From NCBI GenBank assembly GCA_013239625.1, contig MU054187.1, forward strand, positions 20,773,280 to 20,837,279: a DNA stretch of 64,000 nt, given 5' to 3'. The stretch's first letter is position 1, and every line of letters starts with the position of its first letter. Below are positions 38,861 through 51,285 of this stretch, piece by piece. The notes below the pieces were generated by a model. The model was not told the origin of the DNA, made no database searches, and worked only from the letters and a program-made list of their open reading frames with translations. The translations under genes were made by a program, and so were the position numbers. The DNA is from Lama guanicoe (lineage: Eukaryota).

Positions 38861-40374
38861 GAGATAAACACTGGTTTTATCATATACAAACCATAACAAC
38901 AAGAAAAGGAAGGAATGTTATTTCTTGTGTCTTTCATCATCTGAACTATTACTTGCTGGTTAAGGCTATATTAATTAACTAAATATAAATGAATTTTTTA
39001 AATAGCTAAAGCTGAAATCTTTATCATTTCTTTTTAAAAGAAGTCTTGTTTTTAAAATTTGTATATGCCCAATTTTACTGAGTCGGAACAAAAATTTAAG
39101 TATTCATTTATAGGTTTACTTAAATAATCTTTCTCCTTATGTTTAATTGTGTGTGCATTTTTGTAAGTGGCTACACCAGTAAAAGCTAAATGCACAAATT
39201 CATCAATTATCAACTTTTTGGTAAAAATACAGGAAATGTTAGCTTTATTACTCCTTCTCTTAATTTTGAAAGAAAATTTGAATAATCTTTTAAAACTCCA
39301 TAGTAACAGTAAATGAATAGATATCCCATTACGTTTAGCAATACTAGCCAGTCCTGCTTCGTCATCTGCGAGTGTGATATATATTTCTGAAGCGTTAATA
39401 TCCTCTAAGGGAGGCCCCCACAGCTTCCTTTGGGGACTATTAGCCTCTGCTGACTGATGCATCATAGTCAATTGCCCATCTGTGGGCACCACCCAAAAAC
39501 GAAGCGCAGTTCCACAGATCTATCTTTATCTCATAAAAAGCACTGGGAGTGTTTATGAACAACCATTTATTACCTTCCTGGGGGCCTATATAATTAAAAT
39601 TGTCTGTCTCACTGATTTGCTGTTGAGTGAGATTTAGAAGAAGAGTGGCATTGCTGTAAAATGGCCTACTCACAGACTGCATTACTGTCCTCACAGGGAA
39701 CCACTTGTCTTTCTGTAGTCTCTCACGGTCTCTCATCTGTAGCTGATCGGATGTTGAGTTCCGGAAAGTAGGCCCAGTCCCTACAGATCGCAATCACACT
39801 AATCGTAATTATCACCACTTGTTGCATCCCTTGTACGCTTGGGCCAGTGTTATTAAAGAATTACAATGATTGCTTATAGTGCTCTCTGCAAAGTGACCTG
39901 TAGAAATGTGGATTTTCCAGCCAGTGGAACTGATTTTAAAGACATTTAAATGAATAGCTCAGGGTCAAATAAGTAGTAAGTGAGCCTGCAGAAATTTAAA
40001 CTCAGGACTATCCCTAGAACCATATGCTCTGACTTTTTTGTTGGCTTATTGCACCAGGTCGAAGGGTCTTTGATGTTCCTTGAGAGAATTAAGTAGACAG
40101 CTACCCTTTCCAACTTCCAAAGCTAGAAATATGCTCTAACTAGATGAGATGGCCATTTAATGAAATACATCAGAAATAACATTAGCTGAAACAATACTGG
40201 ATGAATATATACGCATAACTTGTGATAAGAAGATGATCAAAGATGGTTCAGAGATGTTTATTCTCTGTGCAGCTGACAGGAAACATCCATTCTCAGAAAC
40301 ACAGCCAGTAATTAATGTCTGCACATTTAAGATCAAGAACATATACATAACCACCTTTTGGCCATCTGTTACAA

Positions 40375-40381
40375 ACACACA

Positions 40382-40427
<46 letters not shown>
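40375..40427. repeat. (CA)n microsatellite
   Basis: Direct reading; it explains the VCVC/THTH ORFs. Confidence 0.95.
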
Positions 40428-40429
<2 letters not shown>

Positions 40430-40449
40430 TATAGCATGTGATGTCATCT

Positions 40450-40850
40450 TTGAATCCAAAGGCTAAGAAGAAATTTTGCATAATATTATGAATATGCAAT
40501 AGCCACACTAGATAGATTTCCCCTAAAATGATAGTTGTGTGGCATAGCTGCAAAATGGAATATGATGCAGTTACTTAAAATATATTTTAGAAAAAGTCTT
40601 AATGATTTGAAAAAATTCTTAATGGTATATAATCCTGAATTGAAAACTTCAGAATATAAAACTAAATATAACATATGTTTACACTTACATAAAAAGCATA
40701 TACTCACATACACGTTTACTAAAAAATGCTTGAAAAAACAGAAAAATAGATTCAATGACTATCATAGATTTTAAAAATGATGATTTTCATGCTATTCTCT
40801 ATTTTTTAAGTTTTACATATTAACTATTGCAAAATTCATTGTAAAAAAGA
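40450..40850 (+). mobile_element. Degenerate L1ME-type 3' end
   Basis: 'aaaatggaatatgatgcagttacttaaaa' and AT-rich 3'UTR-like sequence. Confidence 0.5.
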
Positions 40851-41189
40851 AATGCCACATAACATTTTCAAGATCTTAAAATCCACCAGTATATATATTT
40901 CAGCTACAACTAAGTTTGTCCCTTACAAACTATAATCATTTTCCTCAAATCATGAGAATCTAATAACTTCATACTTTGTTTATATTTTCTTGTCATAAGT
41001 GTTTCAAACACAGATATAACTTGCTTTTCCCTTCTATCTTATGTATATGGCAATGGTTTGTCTAAGCAGTATTATGATTTATTTTATCTCATTTTTGGTT
41101 AGAATTTCCACAGTGATAAGGAATTAAATGAACAGCTTGCCTTAAGGCAAAATGCTGTTGTTTAAATGAAAAAGAAAAATGACAACTTT

Positions 41190-41970
41190 ATTCAAAAGTC
41201 CATGAAGGATAAATGCTGGAGAGAGTGTGAAGAAAAGGGAACCCTCCTATGCTGCTGTTGGGAATGTAGTTTGGTGCAGCCATTATGGAAAACAGTATGG
41301 AGATTCCTCAAAAACCAGAAAATGCAGTTACCATACGATCCAGCAATCCCACTCCTGGGTATATTCAGAGGTAACTCTTAATTTGAAAAGATACATGCAC
41401 CCAATGTTCAGAGCAGCATTATTTACAATACCCAAGACATGGAAGCAACCTATGTGTTCATCAATGGATGACTGGATAAAGAAGTTGTGGTATATTTATA
41501 CAATGGAATACTACTCAGTCATTAAAAGAATAAAATAATTCCATTTGCAGCAACATGGATACACCTAGAGATTGTTATTCTAAGTGAAGTAAGTCAGAAA
41601 GAGAAAGAAAAATACCCTATGATATCACTCATATGTGGAATCTAAAAAAAAAAGGGAAAAAAAAGACACTATGAACTCATCTACAAAACAGATTTGCAGA
41701 CATAGTAAACAGTCTTATGGTTACTGAGGGAAAAGGGGTGGGAAGGGGTAAATTTGGGAGTTTGAGATTTCTAAATGTTAGCTACTATATATAAAAACAG
41801 ATTTAAAAAAACAAGTTTCTTCTGTACAGCACAGGGAACTATATTCAATACCTTGTAATAACCTTTAATGAAAAAGAATGTGAAAACAAATACATGCATG
41901 ACTGGGACACTGTGCTGTACACCAGAAATTGACACATTGTAACTAACTATATTCCAAAAAAAAAAAAGAA
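41190..41970 (+). mobile_element. Young camelid-type L1 3' end (ORF2 C-terminus, 3'UTR, poly A)
   Basis: ORF '[35 protein letters not shown]...[12 protein letters not shown]'. 3' end 'gctgtacaccagaaattgacacattgtaactaactat' plus A tail. Degenerate TSD aaagaaaa(a/c)tgac(a/c)ac. Confidence 0.95.
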
Positions 41971-42057
41971 AGAAAACTGACCACATTTTAGCCATTAGCA
42001 GACAATGAAAACTGAATTAAATTTTAGTTTAGTCAAAAATCATAAGTTATAAATTGA

Positions 42058-42300
42058 AAGTTCAAGATTTGCAGGTACTACCTAGGAGATATAAAATAGA
42101 TAAAACAGTAAGTTTATACTATATAGCTCAGGGAATTATATTTAATATCTTGTAGTAACCTATAATGAAAAAGAAAATGAAAACAAATATATATATATAT
42201 ATATGTATTTGTATGACTGAAACATTATGCTGTATACCAGAAATTGATGCAACGTTGTGAACTGACTATACATCAATTAAAAAAATTAAAAATAAAAAAA
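42058..42300 (+). mobile_element. Second camelid-type L1 3'UTR fragment
   Basis: 'agctcagggaattatatttaatatcttgtagtaacctataatgaaaaagaa...tgctgtataccagaaattga...actgactatacatcaattaaaaaaa'. Confidence 0.88.
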
Positions 42301-44719
42301 TCAAGGTAAAATAAGGCAGAATAAAATACATAGAAATTGGGTCTCCAAAATCAGCATGATTCTTCCTCATTTATTAAAACTTCAAACAATATATATTTTA
42401 GTTTTATATGTAAGTTTCGTAAGGACAGAGAATGCCCCTATCTTTCCATCTGGTTCCACTGCCTAACAAGATGTTCAACAAATGTGTCTTCAATGAATTA
42501 GCAATTGAACGACTGAATAGCAAAATTACTGCCAAGTATATTCATGTATCATAAATTTTAGAAGCTGGAAAATATTGGGACACATATTCCTATTTTTAAG
42601 GAAATATTCTGCCTTGTAAGTAATGTACCCATATTCAATGATTTAAGAATAAAATCTCACAAGTCCAAAATAATTATTATTAAATGAACTGTTTCCTACT
42701 TTTTCAATAAAATTTAAGATTTTTCAAGTGATAAATGTGTACTTCTTTGGATAGCAGGTTATTGTAGAATGCTTCAGTTAGCCTTCTTTTGGGAATCAAA
42801 ATTCAACTTCTGACTCCAAACAGTTCTTGCCCATTCTTTGATCTCATCCCCATTATTGGCTCCATCCTCAAGGATGATAAAATATCATTAATCCATGGAG
42901 TGGTCTTTGATTAGTTACTGGGAGAGTAGATAAGTTTCCTCATTTGTTTTCTTTTATAAACCTGCATCTGCTTCTTCCAAGTAATTATTTCCACATGGCC
43001 AACAAAATATTTAGATGTACTTTAGGATTATGGCGGCCCTTATTTGAAAATTCAGAATAGGGGACACCACAAATCCCATCTAATTCTGTAATTCTACATA
43101 AAATGTTGAAATCTGGCCAAATACTATCTCTAGGTATCAGTCATCTCTTCAAAAGTAAGGTCCCAAAATCTTATCACTGAGACCTGTGAAATACAGTGAG
43201 AAAATACACAACTGGAATTAATATTCCCAATACAAACAGGGCTCCTGACGGAGGAAAGTGGGTGACAGCTGAGAAAAAAATGGCAAAGGCAGAATTATTA
43301 GATCTATGCTTCCTTAAATATGGCCAGTATTACACATAGCCTTGGGCATAGCTGTCCCACTGCTGTCACAGAATTATCCAAACACTTCTGTGATCAAGTA
43401 TAAGTCACTGAAGGAAACATTCCATATCACCACAGTAACTGTTTGCTCACCCTTCCCTAAAAAAAAAAAAAAAAATCTAAATTATAGTGGTCAGAGTTTA
43501 GTTTACCTCAATCCCTACTGGAAGCTCTAGGCTCATCAAATCGTCCATTACGATGTCAACATACATTTCTGGAAGTTTGGCACCTCCCCTAATCTCATCC
43601 AACCCTCCACGCCTTTCCTTCCAGTCAATTTTTCCAAGGTGTCCCCAAGAGTTCCCTTCACCTCCTCACAGAATGGATGAAAGAGAGCTCCCTGGCACCG
43701 AGAAGTTAACGAGGCTGTTTTCACGTCAGACAATATTCAGATTTGCAGACAATAACCCCAACCCCCAAAATAAACAGGGCTACCTATTCCTGAACCTTCT
43801 AAAGATTCTATGGAATGAAATGGGTCACTTTTCAGGTTTCACCTTGCCACCTTAAGATATGGCTTTCTTACTTCTTGTAATTCAAGGATCACTTTTTTAG
43901 CTCAAGTTTAGCTTCCATAATTTTACTGTTTTCTTTTCTCTCTCTCTCATTTTGACCTTATTGAGTTATGTCTCTAAACAATTCCTTTACCACCCTTTTA
44001 GTAGTTTTGGGGGAAAGAAACATAAATATGCTTTTCTACATACTGTATTTGCTCAGAAATCTAGCCCAGGTACATTTTACTACACATTGTTCTAATCTAT
44101 TCATGCAGTCACTATACAGAATGGATATGCACATAGGTCTACAAACTAGTATAAACCATTCTTTGTAAGTATCTCTGTAAGTGATTGCTTGTATCTTTCT
44201 GCTATCACCAGATAACTTTCTCAGTGCCAAGATAAAGGTATTCTATGCTACATAATTTATCACTCATACAGAAATTAAAATGACCATCAGTAATGGTGGC
44301 TGGCATTTACCTGCCATCAGTTTGAGTCTGAGCTCTTCAAAATGTTGCATATTTTAATTATCAAATGTGCATTTTGTCATTAAGTTGAAACAGCGAATGG
44401 GGTAATCACAATTCTCAGTATCTCTAATTTGGTAACGAACTGCATGAGGTTAGTATGAGAAAAAGATATAGTGTATTTCTTTAATAAGCTGCCAGGAAAT
44501 CATGACTCCATGAATCCACTTTGCTCATAGTAATATCCTTTTGTAAATACATGACTTAACCTCTAAGTTTCAATTTCATCCTCCATAGAATTTGTATTGA
44601 TTTACAAATAAACTTATTGCATAGCTTCCAAAAGAGGAAAATGGTACTGACCTGCACTGCGGTTATGAAGGAAGGCTAACCGTTAGGCAAACACAGCATC
44701 GTGCTAGACAGCAGCAGAA

Positions 44720-44970
44720 AGTACAGTCATTAAGTACATCTTCAGTTGTATACGATGTGGATAAGGGCTCTGGCAGTGCGGATGGTTCATATCAGGACAT
44801 TGCTCACAGTTGATTTTTGGCAATGTCTTCTTCCTCTGTGCCTTCATTTCTGGTCTCTTAAATTGAGGTGATAGTATTTCCTTCATAAGGTTTTTTGGAA
44901 GTTTAAATAAATAAATTCCTGTCAAGTTCTTATAACAATGCCCAGCTCAATAAATATTGAATATTCATGT
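44720..44970 (+). mobile_element. MIR
   Basis: 'taagggctctggcagt...tggttcatatc...tttggcaatgtcttcttcctctgtgccttcatttc...ataacaatgcccag'. Confidence 0.75.
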
Positions 44971-45657
44971 TAGGAATAATTGAACGTATCATAATGGTCA
45001 TGTGCCTTAAAGAAACCTTAAGATAAAAAGCACCTGTATTTAAACACTGAAAGTATTAGGGGCCTTAACAAAAGCCCTCAGTTAAAGCATCAACTGTATC
45101 ACTTACTGGTCATATGACTAGGACCAAGTTTCTCTGAGCCAAAGTGCCTTATCAGGTCCTTAACTCATTTATTCAGCGATTATTTATTTGATAAATACAA
45201 TGTGTGAGGATCGATACAGTGGATGAAACAGGAAAGTAACGACAAAAAAGTAAACTTTTACTCGGTTCATGCATTGCTCAGAAAATTAAATAGGTTAATT
45301 TACGGAAAAAGCAAACTTAAGAAGTATCATTTCCCATTTTCCTTTCTTCCACATTTTTATTGCAGCAGGACCTCATAGCTTAAACCTGGTCACATTATTA
45401 TAAAATAATACCAGCTCAAAAAGATATAAAAGAAGTAATTTAGTTAATCTCCCTGGTTTTTTTTTTAAAGTTTACGTAAATAAAGGAGAAACAATTTAGG
45501 TAACAGGATTTTTAAAAAGCAGCTGATAGATCATAACAATAACAGCAAGAACAATAAAGACTCAGAATACAAGTTGCCAAACATCTTTAAAGCACACAGT
45601 GTCATCATTTCTCTGGAGAATGTTCGCAAAGACGGCATATTACCTGTCTCTGTTGAA

Positions 45658-45857
45658 CAGGGCTTGGTGCGCTATTTCTGTAAAGGGCCAGATAGCAAAT
45701 GCGGATGGTAAATATTTTAGGATTTGTGGACCACAAAGCCTCATTGTATATTCTTTTTCTTTTCCAACTCTTTAAACGTGTAAAACCCATTTTTATCTCA
45801 CAGGCCATCTCAGAGTCAGCCACATGCCAGAATTTGGCCTGAGACTACTGACTGCTG
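45658..45857 (+). mobile_element. MER58 (MER58C-like) hAT-Charlie element
   Basis: 'caggg...tttctgtaaagggccagatag..aaatattttagg.tttgtgg.cca', 'tttaaacgtgtaaaacccatt', 'gaatttggcc...gactgctg'. Confidence 0.85.
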
Positions 45858-45959
45858 TTATAAAAACTTTTTAAACCCCATTCAATTTATAGTTAAAATC
45901 ACTTGCAAGAAGATCCCCAAATAGCCAAGGTTAGTCCTCACTTCTCAACAAGGATCGCT

Positions 45960-46600
45960 GTTCAGCCCATCAACCATTCAACAGAGAGATAATCAGGACC
46001 TACTCAATGCTGGGTTTTATTGTAGATCACCAGAAACACAATGCAGTACATACACCAGAAGTTCACAGAGTTTGTTTTTGTTGTTTTTGTGCATTACTGG
46101 AGGGTTCAAACGTAACTATAAGCAGGTGTAATTCAGGTTCAAAGAGCTAAGGTATGAATCAAAAGCAAGATGTTACCAGGAAAGAAGGTGTCGTTTCAGT
46201 CTCTGCATTGACAGAAAAGGCAAGCTTCTGGAGGCAGTGATGTCTAAATGAACATGGAAGGGTAGTAAAGGACGGGAGGATGCAGGGAGAAGGAACAGAA
46301 GTCAGGTGCAACAAGTGACAGATGACAGAGAATTTGTATGTCTGCTAAAAAAAAAAATAAAAGGGAAATCCCCTTCTATCTAAAGCATGGTGGAGTAATG
46401 GATGGGGCCAGAGAGTTAAGCAAGAGACAGATCATGGGGCTCCTGAGTCATATTACGGTGTATTGACTCTGTCCTGCAGACAGTGGAGGAGACATTAAAG
46501 GATGCTGAGCACATGAAAGCTATTCACAGATACTCACTTTGGAAAAAGCACCTCAGAAGAAAGTGTGGATTGGAGAACAATGCGGGAAGCAGAATTGACA
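45960..46600 (-). mobile_element. L2 fragment
   Basis: 'cattcaacag...acctactcaatgctggg', 'gcttctggaggcagtgatgtcta', 'agacagatcatggggctcct...cattaaagg'. Confidence 0.65.
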
Positions 46601-47239
46601 GACCTTTGTGATTCTGTGCATGCTTTTATGTGATAACAAGACCAGCATCCAGTTATGTAACTTTCCCTTCACTCGTATCAACTGAATGTCAGGCACCAAC
46701 TGTGTTTCTATCAGCTCTGCCTTTACTCAGGCTATTTGCCCATGCAGAATGCCTCCACCACCTGCATTAACCTCTTTAAATCCCATTTATTCTTTCCATG
46801 CCTTACTTCTTAAACTTGGGGCCATTCTAGTTCAAAATTGATTCGATTGTTTCCTCAACTTTTATATTATAGAAACTATCAAAATATAGCCATGGCTTTA
46901 TCATCTGCATTTTATCTCCCCACGATCAGAACAGTGCTGACTGCACACGTGTATTCACTGACTGATGTACAAGCTCTGCAGAGTTCTGGGCACTAGCCTG
47001 GCCAGAGAGATTCTCAAACATTCCTATAGATGATCTATTTCTAAAAAAAACTTTCACTCAGAACTTTCTTCCTTAGCTTATTCAAAATCCTTCATGTATT
47101 TTAGATATATCTAATTCCCACATCCCTGCAACACAGCTGGCGTACAGTCACCTCGCTGGGACAGATATAGTAGTACCCCAACTGATACCTCTGCATACTG
47201 ATTTTTGTTCAATTTTTCCTTCATGTTGAGGTCAGAATA

Positions 47240-47960
47240 TTTTAATCGACATTAGATTATGTCATTCCTCTGCATAAAACCATTTGGTGGATTGGGTCTG
47301 AAATCCATGTCATGATTTTCAAGCTTGCTAAAGTGTCACATGCTAGTCAGCCTTACCTGGAATTCCTATTGCTGTCCAGTCCTAGGAGCTCCTGTCTGTC
47401 AGTCCCAGCGATCGCTGCTCTTGTTCACTACAGGAACATTGCCTAATTCATTCTTTCTGCCTGCTATATTCCCTCTTCAATTCTTTGCCCCCTTAGCTTT
47501 TACTCAACTTTCTGGTCTCCGATTAAATATCAGTTCCCAAGAAAGTCTTCCCTGACATCTTCAATTCTGAGACATGTTTAAACATTTACTTTGAGTGTAC
47601 ATGTCATTTGGAAGATGAGTCTAGATTTCAGAAATGTTTGAACATGTCTCATATCAACTGAATGTCATGCAAATCTAGACTCGTCTTCCAAATGACATGT
47701 ACACTCAAAACAGTAGTTTTCCTATTTTCCAAAAATCCTGAATGTTATTAATGATACCCCGAAGCCTTTGATTTTCAAGGTGTCTTACAAGCGAAGAAAT
47801 ACAGTGTGTCCTGAGAGAACTCTGCAGTTGCTCTATTACAATTATTGTCATTGCCTTTTATACCTGCTTACCTAAGAAGTCCCATGAGTGCCAGACCTGT
47901 GCCCATCTGAGTCACCACTCTATTTCCAGAGCTTTGCACAAGGTTGATTCTAACAGGTGG
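47240..47960 (+). mobile_element. L2 3' fragment interrupted by an inverted-repeat block
   Basis: 'gattatgtcattcctctgcataaaacc', 'taaatatcagttcccaagaaagtcttccctgac', then 'cccatgagtgccagacctgtg...tcaccactctatttccagag'. Confidence 0.6.
47568..47709. repeat. Interleaved inverted repeats: 20-bp pair (47568-47587/47632-47651, 19/20) and 39-bp pair (47590-47628/47671-47709, 38/39)
   Basis: Direct base-by-base comparison of the reverse complements. Confidence 0.95.
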
Positions 47961-48489
47961 AGAGTCAGTCAATACTCATCTTTTACAGAATGATCCCATT
48001 GCATTTCATTCTCTCCAGAGGCAAATATACAATACTGAAGGTGATACAGAATTTGGGGGGTTCCTGGCATCTTGATGATTTAGGGACGCTTAATTCAAAT
48101 CCACAGTTTCAAAACGTGGGAGAGTCTAATTCTTCCAATATCTTTCTTCACAATCTCTGCTTCTGCTTTGGCTCAAATACAAAGATTATTTGTCTTGTTC
48201 AAATGTGCTCACAACTTGTTGCAGAACTCAACCAAACACACCCAGTAGGAATGAATTCCCAGAAAATATGTCAGGATAGTCATCCTCTTAGTGACTACAA
48301 GTTTATGGCCTTGAGGTGGAGACACATCATGTTATTCACACCAGATTCCGCCAAACATCACCCTGCTTTGTCTTCCACGCCATTGCCATTACACAGGCTA
48401 CCTCAGAAACCCTGCACCTGTCTTAATTCTGGTTCTGCAGAGAACAAAGTTCACCTCTCCTGGGAGAACTGAAACTCTTAGGAGCACAA

Positions 48490-48720
48490 AGCAGAGAGCA
48501 TGGATTTTGCAGTGAAAGAGAGCTGTTTCACTTTTAGGTCCCCCATTTAGTCACTAGGTAACCTTTGGCAAGTGGCCTGATCCCTTTAAACCCTCAGTGT
48601 CTTCAAATGTCAAATGCGACATGGAAAGACTTTTCACTTCAGTTTGTTGTAAAGATTAATGAGCTGGCATACGGAGCCTGCCCAGTGTGGTGGCAGTCAC
48701 ATGGTAGTCATTCAATAGTT
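48490..48720 (+). mobile_element. MIR
   Basis: 'agagcatggattttg...gtaacctttggcaagt...ccctcagtgtcttcaaatgtcaaatg...gttgtaaagattaatgag'. Confidence 0.8.
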
Positions 48721-50689
48721 TTACAGCTATGAATGGCAAACACTTTCCTGATCTAAAAACAAACAAAAAATAACTTCAGAATAATAAGTATGTGAGGGAA
48801 ATTTTTCTAGTCCGTAGATAAGTTTCTCCCATACTCTCCCATACAATTCCCATCCCTGTTTCCTATTATCTCTTGAAAAGCAGCATTTACCTTTAACAGT
48901 AGTGGACAATTAAAGCAATGTATCATAATATTCAGACATGTTTCTAAAATAAAAGTTTAAAATTAATGCTATAAGTCATTAGCTATTATATTTAAATAAC
49001 AGCTATTGGTTTTGTATTATGTTTCAAAAATAGCATTAGCTATTAATCCTCTTATATTTAAAAAAAATTATGGGTTTCCTTAACAAATTAGCAAATGCAA
49101 GAAAATGAAATCAGCCTTACATTATAATTTTATTTCACAGCACGAGAGCTGTGTTGCAAACAGTCATGTATAGGCATCTTGCTTTTAGTTTAAGAACTCT
49201 TTTAATAAGCTCTGTATGAACAAAATCAAGCTTCCAAGCCTGAGGATAAATTTGTTCTGATATGGATTAATATATAATTTTCAGAATGATGGATAATAAA
49301 ACTTACCTTAATTATAGAGGTTTTGCTTAATCATTTCAAGTATTCTTACTCTTTTGAGACCCCGCAGAATTTAAATGGTGAGATTTGGTGTAGAATTTAA
49401 AGTGGGTTCAATTGGTGAAAAGCATTTAGCAGAAATGTAGAGGCAGTCAGTCTGGAATGTTTGTCGAGTCCTTATGGTTCAACACCTTTGCTAGGTGACT
49501 TTAAAGTACTTTTAAACAAAACAGACCTCATCCCTGTTTTTACAGTCCAGTGGGGTAAAACTTCAGCAGTCAGAGTTAGAGACACAGGAAAAGACAAACC
49601 AGATGCCATAAAAGTAAAACTTAACATAATTTATTACCTAAAATTTTGAAATTCCTTACTGCAAAAGATGCTATAAGATGCAAAAAACAAAACAAACATA
49701 AGACTTGGAGAAATACATAGCAAAGAGAGATGCAGAAAATGATCACTTAAAATGTTAGCCGATAATATTTTATATGTAGATTTGTGTCTATACTAGCCAG
49801 TGCATATAGAAAAAGCACAGAAAGATATACACCAAACTGTTAACATGGTTACCTCTTGGGCATAGAGCTAAGTTAACGGGGAAAGAAGACATGAGTAACT
49901 TTCTCACTTTCCATTTGAATACTTATCAGCCATGTCTGAATTATTAACTCAAATCTACATTACTTTGTAATTTAAAAGACATGTGCTAACCACTTCCACA
50001 GCAAGACAATACACATGACTCCAAAGTATTTGCAAAATCATTTAATTTATGTCATAGTCCTTCAAAGTAAAGCTTGAACCATGTGGACTCATTAAGTAAT
50101 AAAACAAAATCTAATATTCTACCAGAATTTCTTATAAAAAGAATATGTATATTAAAGAAATAACTCCATTATAAGAAAGTGAATAATTATGTCATATTCA
50201 GACATGCATTTTTTAAAAAAGAAAACATACATTAATTTACATCTAAAAGCAATTAGTGACCACCATTTAAGTGTCAGACATTATACTAAGCCCCAGAAAA
50301 GAGATGACAATACCAAAATCTTCAAGAGAGGAATAGTTTCTTGGGGTGGAAGATAAAAACAGTGAGTCACAACCCGATGCAGTCGCATCACTAGAACTAC
50401 CTATAAGTTCTATAGGTAGTTTTATAGACACAGAAACAAGACAACAACTAGCTCTGATCATATTCCCAAATGGCTTACCAGAGGAGGAAATGTTGAACCC
50501 AGGCCTAATGAGATGAATGAAACTGAGCAATTAAAAGGGGGGAAATTTTCATTACAGGCAGAAAGAATGGTGTGAACAGTACGCCCAGGAGCTGTATAGA
50601 AGGTGAAGAGCTTAGTTTTGAAACATAGGATCCCTTATAAAAATTAACATGAATTTCAAGAAAAAGCAAACTATATTGTGCATACAAAC

Positions 50690-50840
50690 ATGATGTGAAT
50701 GCAAATCACCTGGGAATCTGATTGAAATGCATATTCTGATTCTTTAGGGCTCAGGTGTGACCTGAGTGTCTCCATGTCTTACAAGCTCCCAGGTAATGTT
50801 TATTCTACTGCTCCACCCACAGACATCCTTGAGTAACACG
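50690..50840. mobile_element. MER5A-like hAT-Charlie element
   Basis: 'aatcacctgggaatct..aaatgcatattctgattc...acaagctcccaggtaatg...ccttgagtaac'. Confidence 0.8.
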
Positions 50841-50869
50841 AACGTGGTGCATTTGACAAATTGTGATAT

Positions 50870-51283
50870 GAAATGGAGACCAATGCATGTACAAAGGGAG
50901 AATTTCAACAAAGAGATAGAAAATATTTTTTTAAAAATACCAAACAAAAAGCATAAAGCTGAAGAATATAATAACTGAACTCAAAAATTCAATAGAGGGA
51001 ATTCAATAACAGACTAGACCAGGCAGAAGGAAGGATCAGCAGATTCATGCAGCAGTGGGGTTCATCCAATCAGAGGAGCAAAAAAGAAAAAAGAATGAAA
51101 AAGAGTGACTATGGCTTATGGGACTTATGGGTCACTCAGGTAGACCAAAAAATGCATTATAGGGGCATCTTAGGGAGTAGAGGGAGAAAGAAGCAGAAAG
51201 CATATTCAAAGGGGAAAAAAATGTCTAAGAATGTCCATAACCTGGGGAAAGAAACTGATAGTCAGATACAAGAAGCCTGAAAA
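50870..51283 (+). mobile_element. L1 ORF1 fragment
   Basis: 'gagaatttcaacaaagagataga', 'ataactgaactcaaaaattcaatagagg..ttcaataacagactagaccaggcagaaggaaggatcagc', 'ctggggaaagaaactga..cagatacaagaagc' (coiled-coil/RRM region). Confidence 0.85.
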
Positions 51284-51285
51284 GT

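Noticed and set aside
40157..40553. VCVC/THTH repeat proteins
   Set aside because: Translation of a (CA)n microsatellite.
47957..48472. Longest ORF (171 aa)
   Set aside because: GTG start, no recognisable domain and no convincing splice context; likely chance.
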